Assembly: GCA_900757025.1 (NCBI GenBank)
Contig: CAAEMG010000007.1
Coordinates: 7,976-71,975, forward strand
Origin: Clostridia bacterium
GTDB lineage: Bacteria; Bacillota; Clostridia; Lachnospirales; Anaerotignaceae
Length of the DNA: 64,000 nucleotides
Reading direction: 5' to 3'
Shown here: positions 56,143 to 64,000 of the stretch, one piece after another
Numbering within the stretch: the first letter of the stretch is position 1
How the letters are laid out: each line of letters begins with the position of its first letter
Program-made: the position numbers and the translations under genes
The notes under the pieces: generated by a model
The model's input: only the letters and a program-made list of their open reading frames with translations
Databases searched by the model: none
What the model was told of the DNA's origin: nothing

Positions 56143-57489
56143 TTGAATAAAGATGTATTTGAAAAACAATCTGTGCCAAAAGCCGTGGCAACTCTTGCCC
56201 TTCCCACAATACTCAGTATGCTTGTAAACGTTTTTTACAACATGGCAGACACGTTTTTCGTTGGACAGACAGGTGACGCCAATCAGGTTGCGGCAGTTTC
56301 ACTTACAATGCCGATATTCATGTTTATTATGGCAGTAGGAAACATTTTCGGTGTAGGCGGAAGCTCATATATTTCCCGTAGCCTTGGAGAAGGAAAATAT
56401 GAAGAAGTTAAAAAGACTTCTGCATTTTGTTTTTACATGGGCATAGCAGCCGCAATAGTTGTTATGATAATATTTTTTGTTTTTATGGACCCTATTGTTA
56501 AAGGCATAGGCGCAGACGAAAACACATATGGTTTTGCAAAGCAGTATCTTACATATATTGCCTCCGGTTCAATATTTGTTGTTATTTCAATGGCTTTCGG
56601 AAACATTGTACGTTCCGAAGGTGCTGCAAAAGTTTCCATGGCAGGCATGATGCTTGGCACTGTTGTAAACATAGTTCTTGACCCAATAATGATTTTATAT
56701 TTGGGCATGGGCGTTGCCGGAGCAGCCATAGCAACCGTAATAGGAAACATTTCAACTGTTATTTTCTACCTTATATACCTTAAAAAAGGCAAAACAATAC
56801 TTGATATAAGCAAAAGCCACTTTAAAATTACAAAGAAAATTGCTAAAAACGTATTTGCAATAGGTATTCCGGCATCAATTACCAATGTGCTTATGGGTCT
56901 TTCAAACGTAATTTTAAATTCACTTCTTGTTGTATACGGAAATAACCCTGTTGCCGGCATGGGCGTTGCCATGAAAGCAAATATGCTTGTTATATTTGTG
57001 CAGATGGGTCTTGCCATGGGAACACAGCCTCTTGTAGGCTACTGTTTCGGCAGCGGAAACATAAAGCGTCTTAACAGCGTAATGAAGTTTTCAATGCTCT
57101 GCAACGTAATAATGGGCTCAGTACTTACTGCTGTATATTATTTCTCGGCAGACAAAATAGTTCAGATATTCATTTCCGATGCTGAAGTTATAAAATACGG
57201 AGCACAGATGCTTAAAGCTCTTATGCTTTCCGGCCCTGTAATAGGCGTTATGTTTGTTTTCTCATTCTCTTTCCAGGCAATGGGCAAAGCAATACAGGCT
57301 CTTATACTTTCCGTAAGCCGTCAGGGTTTTGTTTTCCTTCCCGTTATTATTATAGCCAGCAAAGTTTGGGGACTTGACGGAATTATATTTGCACAGCCAA
57401 TAGCCGACATTGCATCGCTTTTGCTTGCATTTATAATGTTTTTTCAAATAATAGAAAAAGCCAAAAAACACCACGAAATCGGATTATAA
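56143..57489 (+). CDS. MATE family efflux transporter
   Basis: 448 aa, 12 TM. ..LALPTILSMLVNVFYNMADTFFVGQ.. is the MATE N-terminal pattern. TTG start lies 9 nt after GGAGG. Confidence 0.9.
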   Translation: MNKDVFEKQSVPKAVATLALPTILSMLVNVFYNMADTFFVGQTGDANQVAAVSLTMPIFMFIMAVGNIFGVGGSSYISRSLGEGKYEEVKKTSAFCFYMGIAAAIVVMIIFFVFMDPIVKGIGADENTYGFAKQYLTYIASGSIFVVISMAFGNIVRSEGAAKVSMAGMMLGTVVNIVLDPIMILYLGMGVAGAAIATVIGNISTVIFYLIYLKKGKTILDISKSHFKITKKIAKNVFAIGIPASITNVLMGLSNVILNSLLVVYGNNPVAGMGVAMKANMLVIFVQMGLAMGTQPLVGYCFGSGNIKRLNSVMKFSMLCNVIMGSVLTAVYYFSADKIVQIFISDAEVIKYGAQMLKALMLSGPVIGVMFVFSFSFQAMGKAIQALILSVSRQGFVFLPVIIIASKVWGLDGIIFAQPIADIASLLLAFIMFFQIIEKAKKHHEIGL

Positions 57490-57497
57490 TTTTTATT

Positions 57498-57527
57498 GAA
57501 GCCTCGTTTAAAGCGAGGCTTTTTTTA
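57498..57527 (+). terminator. Intrinsic terminator after the MATE gene
   Basis: GAAGCCTCG-TTTAAAG-CGAGGCTT followed by TTTTTT. Confidence 0.85.
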
Positions 57528-57594
57528 TACATATATTTTAATAAAAATATGGAAAACATAGGTTTATGTATATTACAATATAGTAAAAGGAGGA

Positions 57595-58821
57595 ATGAAC
57601 GTGGACAGAACAATACTTCACTGCGACTGCAACAACTTTTTTGCCTCTGTTGAAGAAAGAGAAAACCCTTCACTTAAAGAAATTCCCGTTGCCGTTGGCG
57701 GAGATGAAAAAAGCCGTCACGGAATAATACTGGCAAAAAATCAGCTTGCAAAAAAATACGGAATAAAAACCGCCGAAACCATATGGCAGGCAAAACGAAA
57801 ATGTCCCGATTTAAAAATAGTTCCGCCTCATTACCAATGGTATAAAGAATGTTCAAGGCAGATAAACCAAATTTATCTTCAATACACAGATTTGGTTGAA
57901 CCTTTCAGCATAGACGAAAGTTTTCTTGACGTAACAGGCAGCCGGAAACTTTTCGGCAGCGGAAAAACCATAGCCGACAGCCTGAGAAAAAGAATATATG
58001 AGGAAATAGGCATAACCATATCCGTAGGCGTTTCTTTCAACAAAATTTTTGCAAAACTTGGCAGCGACTACAAAAAGCCCGATGCAACAACTGTTATATC
58101 AAAAGAAAATTACAAGCAGATTGTTTTTCCTCTTTCTGCCGACAGCCTTATGTTCGTTGGCAAAAGCTGTACCGAAGAACTGCGTAAAATGGGCATATAC
58201 ACAATAGGGGATATTGCCCTTAGCGACAAAAAACTGCTTGAAAAAACTCTCGGAAAAGCCGGCACACAGCTTTATACATATGCCTGTGGTCTTGACGAAG
58301 AACCTGTAAGAAGTTTTTATGAAAAAGAAACTGCAAAATCCATAGGAAACAGCATAACTTTTTCGAGAAACCTTACGTCTGTAAACGATATAAAAACCGC
58401 CGTTTCCGCCCTTTCTCAGCAGGTATCGGGAAGGCTCAGAAAACACCGTCTTGCAGGCTCTACCGTACAGATAGGCATAAAATATTCCGATTTTAAATAT
58501 ATAAGCCGCCAAAAAACTCTTCTTAACCCCACAAATGTTTCAAAAGAAATAGAAGATAACGCAGTCGAGCTTATACTTACAAACATGACAAAAGGAAAGC
58601 CAATACGCCTTATATCCGTTCAAATGTCATCTCTTGTTCCGGAAGAAAACGCAGTACACCAGATTTCTCTTTTTCAGGACGAAAACAAAAACTATGACAA
58701 AATACACCGCCTTGACGAGGCTCTTGACAAAATACGTGGCAAATACGGAAAAAACGCCATAAACACAGGCGGAATAATGGCAAGCGACATAGGGCTTAAC
58801 GGCAACCGACGGGAGGACTGA
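57595..58821 (+). CDS. dinB: DNA polymerase IV (Y-family)
   Basis: ..ILHCDCNNFFASVEERENP.., ..FSIDESFLDVTG.. The true start may be GTG 57601, 7 nt after GGAGG. Confidence 0.9.
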   Translation: MNVDRTILHCDCNNFFASVEERENPSLKEIPVAVGGDEKSRHGIILAKNQLAKKYGIKTAETIWQAKRKCPDLKIVPPHYQWYKECSRQINQIYLQYTDLVEPFSIDESFLDVTGSRKLFGSGKTIADSLRKRIYEEIGITISVGVSFNKIFAKLGSDYKKPDATTVISKENYKQIVFPLSADSLMFVGKSCTEELRKMGIYTIGDIALSDKKLLEKTLGKAGTQLYTYACGLDEEPVRSFYEKETAKSIGNSITFSRNLTSVNDIKTAVSALSQQVSGRLRKHRLAGSTVQIGIKYSDFKYISRQKTLLNPTNVSKEIEDNAVELILTNMTKGKPIRLISVQMSSLVPEENAVHQISLFQDENKNYDKIHRLDEALDKIRGKYGKNAINTGGIMASDIGLNGNRRED

Positions 58822-58825
58822 AAAA

Positions 58826-59482
58826 ATGGAAAATTTTAAAAAAATCGATTTTGAAAACTGGAACAGAAAAGAACACTATAAATACTATACAGAAAAACTT
58901 AAAGTAGGCTACAGCATGACAGTAAGCCTTGATGTAACAAACATAGTAAATTTCTGCAAAAAAAATAACATTAAATTTTTTAACGCATTTATATACTGCG
59001 TAGGAAAAGTTATAAATAGTACAGACAATTTAAGAATGTTTAAGGATAAAGACGGCATGCCATGCGTATGGAACAAATGCGTGCCAAATTACACAATATT
59101 CCATAAGGACGACGAAACATTTTCGGATTTATGGAGTGATTTCGACTTTGACTTTGAAGTATTTAGCCAAAACATGAATAACGATATAAAAACCTACGGC
59201 AATATAAAAGGCATAAAAGCAAAAGAAAACCAGCCGCCAAACTTTTTCTGCATATCCTGTGTGCCTTGGATAAATTTTACAGCCTACACAGCTTATACGG
59301 CAGAAGGCACACCTGCTTTTTTCCCAATAATAACCTACGGAAAATATGTTGAAGAAAACGGAAGATTAAAAATGCCTTTTAATATGTCAATTTCTCATGC
59401 CGTATGTGACGGATACCATGCGGCAAAATTTTTCAACAATGTTCAAAAAGAAATTGATGATTTTGAAAACTTAATAAAATAA
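58826..59482 (+). CDS. cat: Type A chloramphenicol O-acetyltransferase family protein
   Basis: 218 aa and aligns along its length with classical CAT. Active-site block ISHAVCDGYHAAKF is present (classical HHAVCDGFH). Confidence 0.8.
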   Translation: MENFKKIDFENWNRKEHYKYYTEKLKVGYSMTVSLDVTNIVNFCKKNNIKFFNAFIYCVGKVINSTDNLRMFKDKDGMPCVWNKCVPNYTIFHKDDETFSDLWSDFDFDFEVFSQNMNNDIKTYGNIKGIKAKENQPPNFFCISCVPWINFTAYTAYTAEGTPAFFPIITYGKYVEENGRLKMPFNMSISHAVCDGYHAAKFFNNVQKEIDDFENLIK

Positions 59483-59486
59483 AAAA

Positions 59487-59525
59487 ATACCGTTATGTTT
59501 CCCAAAAGGATTTTCATAACGGTAT
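59487..59525. terminator. Bidirectional terminator between cat and the GT2 gene
   Basis: ATACCGTTATG-...-CATAACGGTAT flanked by A/T runs. Confidence 0.85.
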
Positions 59526-59532
59526 TTTATAT

Positions 59533-60822
59533 TTACATATCTTTTGACGTTGTAAGAGAAAAATCTCCTGCCGCATGGTGCTTTATTTCAGACCATTCAA
59601 CATGTGTAAGAAGAGCAGTAATTGTTATAGGTATGTATGTTGCCATAAACAGAGGGAAAAGCCATATATATTTAAGCTTGTCAGCAGCCGAAGCATTTAT
59701 TCTCTTCCATTCGCTTAAAACAACAAGAAGAGCATATATTGCCATGCCTATATAGAAATTTATAACACCCCATGAGGCATAATGAATTGCTTCATGGAAA
59801 ATTCTGTATATTTTGTAATAAGGAAGTACAAATATTCCCGCACAAAGCATTATATTAAATATAAGCACTGAAATTGTAAGCAAAGTACAAGGTGCTATTG
59901 TCATAAACATATCATAGCAGGTAAAACGGTTTCCCTTTTTGCCGAAAAAGCCTTTCAAAAGAGGAACAAGATATTTTGCATCAACCTGGAAGAAACCTTT
60001 AGACCATCTAAGACGCTGTTTCCAGCTCTGGCTGAAAGTTGTAGGCTGTTCGTCATAAACAACAGCACTGTCGCAGTAGCCTATTTTTTTGCCCGATACG
60101 GCACAGTTTATTGAAAACTGAATATCTTCCGTAAGAAGATGGAAAGGCCAGCCTCCGTTTTCCTCTATAAGCTTGTCGGAAACAAGAAATCCTGTTCCGG
60201 AAACGGCACAGCCTGTACCCATAAGACGGCGTGGATAATTTATAAAACGTGCCTCTCTTAAAAACCATATTGAATATCCTGCCGAAATCCAGTTTGCACC
60301 GAAATTTTTTGAGTTTCTGTAGCAGGTAATTGCATCATATTTACCCGTATCAAAAGTTTTGTTCATTTCGTTTACGAAATTTGGGTCAACAATATTGTCG
60401 GCATCAAAAATAAAATATCCGTCATATGGCTTATAGTTTTCTTCGCCTTTTATTTTCTTTATAAGATAATCAAGTGCATATCCTTTGCCAACCTGCATTT
60501 TGTTCTGTCTTTCATAAACAAAAGCACCTGCATTTTTTGCAACAGCTGCCGTTGAATCGTCACAGTTGTCGGCAAGAACATATATATCAAAAAGTTCTTT
60601 GGGATAATTTTGTTCTTTAAGTGTTTTTACAAGCTGTGCAATAACATTTTCCTCGTTTCTGGCACATATAAGCGCCGCAAAACGATGAAGTTTTGACGCT
60701 TCCGGTTCTTTTCTTGACTTTCGGCTTACCAAACCTATTACAGTAAAAACAACCTGATATACATATGCTGCCGTAAGAGTTATAAGAATAATCAAATTCA
60801 TATTATGAAGCAGTGTGTACAT
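59533..60822 (-). CDS. Processive family 2 glycosyltransferase (membrane-embedded, IcaA/PgaC/cellulose-synthase-like)
   Basis: N- and C-terminal TM segments. D,D,D,QxxRW signature present (..LADNCDD.., ..IFDADN.., ..LTEDI.., ..QRLRWSKG..). Confidence 0.8.
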   Translation of the reverse strand: MYTLLHNMNLIILITLTAAYVYQVVFTVIGLVSRKSRKEPEASKLHRFAALICARNEENVIAQLVKTLKEQNYPKELFDIYVLADNCDDSTAAVAKNAGAFVYERQNKMQVGKGYALDYLIKKIKGEENYKPYDGYFIFDADNIVDPNFVNEMNKTFDTGKYDAITCYRNSKNFGANWISAGYSIWFLREARFINYPRRLMGTGCAVSGTGFLVSDKLIEENGGWPFHLLTEDIQFSINCAVSGKKIGYCDSAVVYDEQPTTFSQSWKQRLRWSKGFFQVDAKYLVPLLKGFFGKKGNRFTCYDMFMTIAPCTLLTISVLIFNIMLCAGIFVLPYYKIYRIFHEAIHYASWGVINFYIGMAIYALLVVLSEWKRINASAADKLKYIWLFPLFMATYIPITITALLTHVEWSEIKHHAAGDFSLTTSKDM

Positions 60823-60824
60823 AT

Positions 60825-60856
60825 TTATCTCTCCTTGTTATTATCTCTCCTTGTTA
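60825..60856 (-). repeat. Perfect 16-bp tandem duplication containing the GT2 Shine-Dalgarno sequence
   Basis: TTATCTCTCCTTGTTA x2 (plus strand), which reads TAACAAGGAGAGATAA x2 on the coding strand. Confidence 0.9.
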
Positions 60857-61186
60857 AAGAATATACATTTGTGTTAAATATACATTTCTAATTTTCCTAA
60901 AAATATATAATAGCCACAAACGGATATAAGTCAAGAAATAAAAATACGGAAAAACACTGCGTAAAATTGTTAAAATAGATAATTGAGGTTTTTGTTTCGC
61001 AGCCAATTATTGGAAAAAAATATCTAATGTATACAAATATAGCGTTAGCCACTTAAAAAAATTGGGCATAACCGCAAAAAAATAACCGCTGATAAAAAAA
61101 TAACAATTATTGTTAATTAATAAAAAATTAAGGGATATTTAAGAAATCAAAAGAGAATATACAGGAAAATTATTCAGTTTCTGGTA

Positions 61187-61340
61187 AATTTTGATTTGAT
61201 AAAAATATTGCTCTGCTTGTAATTACTCTTTTCAAAGGCAGTATTCAGTTGACAGTGTTAAGTGAGCAGTCGGCAGTTTTTCCGACTGCTGCACACTAAT
61301 CACCGATTTTTGTCAAAAATAAGTATTCGCCAACTACCAA
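61187..61340 (+). repeat. Mosaic intergenic repeat, copy R9
   Basis: AAATTTTGATTTGAT box, GTGTTAAGTGAGC box, hairpin GCAGTCGG..CCGACTGC, and TTTTTGTCAAAA. Confidence 0.5.
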
Positions 61341-62141
61341 TTATATTTTCACAAATTCCGGCTTTTTGTCTGTAAAAAGCGTAAGATATTTAAAGCCTGC
61401 CTCTTCAAGCATTTTATATGCCTTGTCAAAATCCTTCGCTATATCTTCCGGCACATGGGCGTCAGAGCCAACGGTTATTATTTCTCCTCCAAGCTCTTTA
61501 TATCTTTTTACCAGCTCAAACTGAGGATGGGTATGACCCAAGCCGTAGCGATAGCCGGATGTATTAATTTCTATGCCCTTGCCTTTTTCTATAAGTGTTT
61601 TCAAAATTTCGTCGGTAATAAACTTATAATCGCCGTAAACCATTTTTTTGTCTGCATAGTTTCCGTAACGGTTTATAAAATCAATATGTCCGTAAACACT
61701 GAAAAAATCACAGGTTTTCACATTATTAAGTACATCGGCAAAATATCCCAGATATGCCATAAATTTTGTTTTGCCTTCAAAAAAATCATTTGTGCAAAGG
61801 TCACATTTGTCAACCACATGGCTTGAGGCAATAACAAAATCATAATGATTTTTCATAAGTTCATCTATTTCTTTAAGCACATGGGGCTGAACACCAACCT
61901 CAACACCTGTTTTTATTTTAATTTTCCTGCTGTATTTTTCTTTCAGCCTTTCTATTTCAGCCCTATAAGGCGCATAATCGAATACAAAAGGAAAATCAGG
62001 GTCGGGATAGTCAAAATCTATGTGGTCTGTAACGGCAATTTCTCTAAGCCCCAAATCAACGGCTTTTTTTATGTTTTCCTCCAAAGGCGTTGAGCTGTCC
62101 GAAGAAAAATCCGAATGTGTATGATAATCTGCAATAAACAT
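61341..62141 (-). CDS. PHP-domain histidinol-phosphatase family protein (HisJ/HisK type)
   Basis: MFIADYHTHSDFSSDS..., ..VTDH.., ..SSH.., ..GSDAH.. metal ligands. Start ATG 62141 lies 9 nt after GGAGG. Confidence 0.8.
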   Translation of the reverse strand: MFIADYHTHSDFSSDSSTPLEENIKKAVDLGLREIAVTDHIDFDYPDPDFPFVFDYAPYRAEIERLKEKYSRKIKIKTGVEVGVQPHVLKEIDELMKNHYDFVIASSHVVDKCDLCTNDFFEGKTKFMAYLGYFADVLNNVKTCDFFSVYGHIDFINRYGNYADKKMVYGDYKFITDEILKTLIEKGKGIEINTSGYRYGLGHTHPQFELVKRYKELGGEIITVGSDAHVPEDIAKDFDKAYKMLEEAGFKYLTLFTDKKPEFVKI

Positions 62142-62202
62142 TGTCAAAAACCTCCTTTTGGGCAAAGTATACCACAGAGGTCATTATTTTTAAACCTTAT
62201 AT

Positions 62203-62733
62203 TTACGTTGCCATTCCTGCCGCAAGTATTACAGATGCTGCCGTTCCGCACAAAATGCCGAACAATGTGCATTTTATTATATAGCCTGTTTTTTTAATTC
62301 CCGCAGGAGAAAAATATATGCTGAGAGTATAAAAAACCGTTTCCGTGCAGCACATCATTATCGACGCAAGACGGCCTATATATGTATCCGTTCCGTAATT
62401 TTCAAATATATCCAAAACAATACCGGTTGCGGCAGAAGACGAAAACATTTTGCAAAACATAAGAGGAACAAGCTGTGACGGAAAGCCCGTTATTTTTTCA
62501 AAAGGTTTCCAAAGCACTTCTGCTGTTTCCGCAATGTTTGATGCCCTAAAAAGTTTTACGGCAAAAATAAGGCCTATAAGCGACGGCAAAATATCAACAG
62601 CCGTTTCAAGTCCTTCTTTTGCTCCTTCCGTAAAGGCTGAAAAAACGTCTGTTTTTTTGTATATTCCAAACAGTATAATTGCCAAAACCATTGCCGGTAT
62701 TATAAAAGAATTTAAGTAAGATATTATTTTCAT
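62203..62733 (-). CDS. spmB: Spore maturation protein B
   Basis: 176-aa membrane protein with a nucleoside-recognition-type fold, ATGA-coupled to spmA. Confidence 0.8.
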   Translation of the reverse strand: MKIISYLNSFIIPAMVLAIILFGIYKKTDVFSAFTEGAKEGLETAVDILPSLIGLIFAVKLFRASNIAETAEVLWKPFEKITGFPSQLVPLMFCKMFSSSAATGIVLDIFENYGTDTYIGRLASIMMCCTETVFYTLSIYFSPAGIKKTGYIIKCTLFGILCGTAASVILAAGMAT

Positions 62734-63308
62734 CTGTTTCTGCCCTCATATATTTTACAAAGCCATACTGCCGAAACTGTTGAAACGGCTGTGGCTATTA
62801 TCCCCGGAAGTACAATTTCCGCCGGATTGGCACTTGAATATTTCATTCTGTAAGATATTATATTTATTGATACAAGCTGTATTGACGACATATTTATAAC
62901 CATAAACATACTTATGGCTTTTGATGGAAATTCTTTTTTGCCGTTAAGATTATTAAGTTCTTTTACAGCCATAATGCCCGAAGGCGTAGCAGCCCAGCCA
63001 AGGCCCAAAATATTTGCCGCCATATTAAGAGAAATATATTTCATGGCTTTATGTCCTTGCGGAACGGAAGGAAAAAGCCACCTTAAAATCGGCATCATTT
63101 TTCGGGAAATAAAATCCACTCCTCCGCTTTTTTCCGCAATTTTCATTATTCCGCTCCATAAACTTACGGCACCTGCCATAACAATAAATAAATCCACAGC
63201 ATCTTTTGCACCTGATAGCATAACTAACGATATATCCTCTGTTTTTCCGCTTATTCCTGTAAAAACTATTCCAAAAATTACCATGAAACACCATATTCTG
63301 TTAATCAT
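62730..63308 (-). CDS. spmA: Spore maturation protein A
   Basis: MINRIW.FMV..G.......G pattern, 192-aa membrane protein upstream of spmB. Confidence 0.8.
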   Translation of the reverse strand: MINRIWCFMVIFGIVFTGISGKTEDISLVMLSGAKDAVDLFIVMAGAVSLWSGIMKIAEKSGGVDFISRKMMPILRWLFPSVPQGHKAMKYISLNMAANILGLGWAATPSGIMAVKELNNLNGKKEFPSKAISMFMVINMSSIQLVSINIISYRMKYSSANPAEIVLPGIIATAVSTVSAVWLCKIYEGRNR

Positions 63309-63487
63309 TTACAATTAAAACCTCCAAACACATATTTTTTTTGCAAAACACAATAATTTTTTAATAAATCTTTCTTGATAAATTACGCTTAATATAGTAT
63401 CCTTATCGGTAGATTAGTAGTATTTTTTCTGTTTAAATTTTTCTGCTCACAATGATTTACGACAGACTTTAAGAGGGGGTACACCAT

Positions 63488-63751
63488 ATGAAATCAACCG
63501 GAATCGTCCGCAAGGTCGATGAGCTCGGCAGAATTGTTCTGCCCATAGAGCTTAGACGTTCCCTTAACATAGACGTTAAGGACTCTTTGGAAATTTTTGT
63601 TGATGAAGACAAAATTGTATTAAAAAAATATGAACCCGCGGACATCTTTACAGGGGAAATGGAAAACCTTATTGACTACAGGGGTAAAAAAGTATCTGTT
63701 TCATCAATAAAAGAAATGGCTGCTTTAGCTGGCTTAAAATTATCTGAATAA
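63488..63751 (+). CDS. abrB: Transition-state regulator AbrB (SpoVT/AbrB swapped-hairpin domain)
   Basis: MKSTGIVRKVDELGRIVLPIELRRSLNI..KD.LEIFVDEDKIVLKKY is nearly identical in pattern to Bacillus AbrB. Confidence 0.9.
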   Translation: MKSTGIVRKVDELGRIVLPIELRRSLNIDVKDSLEIFVDEDKIVLKKYEPADIFTGEMENLIDYRGKKVSVSSIKEMAALAGLKLSE

Positions 63752-63772
63752 CACTACTTTTCTAATAAAAGG

Positions 63773-63797
63773 CGGTATGCTTTGCATACCGTTTTTT
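63773..63797 (+). terminator. Intrinsic terminator of abrB
   Basis: CGGTATGC-TTT-GCATACCG followed by TTTTTT. Confidence 0.85.
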
Positions 63798-64000
63798 AAT
63801 GCTCTTAAACAAAGACTTTTATTTTATTTTTATATGCTTTTTAAGGGCGTGCTATTACTCCAAAAAAAATTAGTATTGCTTTTTGCCCTGTGTTAGTATA
63901 TCATTAATCGGTAAGGCTTTAATAAGACAGTTCGTAACCATCCTGTCTATAAACAAAACTAGGGACGCAATATTTTATGGAAACTATTGCAGCACAGATG

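Noticed and set aside
4497-61340. Whether the dispersed repeats could be a CRISPR array or its remnants.
   Set aside because: The copies are kilobases apart and are not regularly spaced direct repeats with unique spacers. There are no cas genes. The units are inverted-repeat mosaics.
60857-61340. c-di-GMP or another known riboswitch upstream of the GT2 glycosyltransferase.
   Set aside because: I could not find the conserved GEMM cores (for example ACGCAAAGC/GGCAAA) on the coding strand. A covariance-model scan is needed before any claim.
63458-63464. Spo0A box (TGTCGTA versus the consensus TGTCGAA) just upstream of the abrB SD.
   Set aside because: It is a single 6/7 heptamer match, which is expected by chance in a window of this size.
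63977-64000. Possible CDS start ATGGAAACTATTGCAGCACAGATG at the window edge.
   Set aside because: Only 8 codons are visible, the SD is weak, and no family can be assigned.
1-64000. A genomic island, prophage or defence system.
   Set aside because: There are no integrase, transposase, tRNA attachment site, restriction-modification, toxin-antitoxin or phage structural genes. Composition and codon style look uniform apart from the small repeat islands.

Overview
Low-GC, Clostridia-type chromosomal segment from a spore-former (gpr, pro-sigK, spmA/spmB and abrB are present). It is densely packed with about 65 mostly housekeeping CDS, the majority on the minus strand.

Recognisable blocks, in order:
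- garR-like dehydrogenase and pepD
- thioesterase plus a small alarmone hydrolase
- a frameshifted IclR regulator
- RimK-like ATP-grasp protein, pckA, mtnN
- C26 amidotransferase, DUF951, GH3 lipoprotein, hcp, CDF exporter
- mcsA-mcsB-clpC with no ctsR
- feoA-feoB plus a small Cys-rich gene
- sppA, then gpr divergent from sigK
- ThrE-like pair, metG
- TPP riboswitch-tenA-ABC ATPase-permease
- an arginine divergon: argC-argJ-HhH-argJ-argB-argD-FAH on one side, argG-argH-PNPOx on the other
- rubrerythrin, ferredoxin
- rnhB-yraN-pgeF-DUF512-der-plsY-gpsA
- DUF2325-DUF3793-flavodoxin
- T-box-thrS, then L20 leader-infC-rpmI-rplT-rpsT
- frameshifted MarR plus a MATE pump, dinB-cat, a processive GT2, a PHP phosphatase, spmAB, abrB

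I saw no rRNA, tRNA, CRISPR array, transposase, integrase or phage genes.

Features not explained by the gene list:
1. Two CIRCE-geometry inverted repeats (TTAGC-N17-GCTAA) lie in the leader of the ctsR-less mcsA-mcsB-clpC operon. Related short GTTAGC/GCTAAC palindromes lie in front of DUF2325 and DUF3793.
2. A dispersed family of mosaic, TIR-bounded intergenic repeats has at least 10 copies. All shared boxes I could find are on the + strand. One copy is a visibly GC-richer ~340-bp noncoding island at 22248-22590.
3. Tandem argJ paralogs are separated by a translationally coupled helix-hairpin-helix gene.
4. Two transcription regulators are broken at poly-A tracts.

All coordinates of non-CDS elements were read by eye and are approximate to a few nt.
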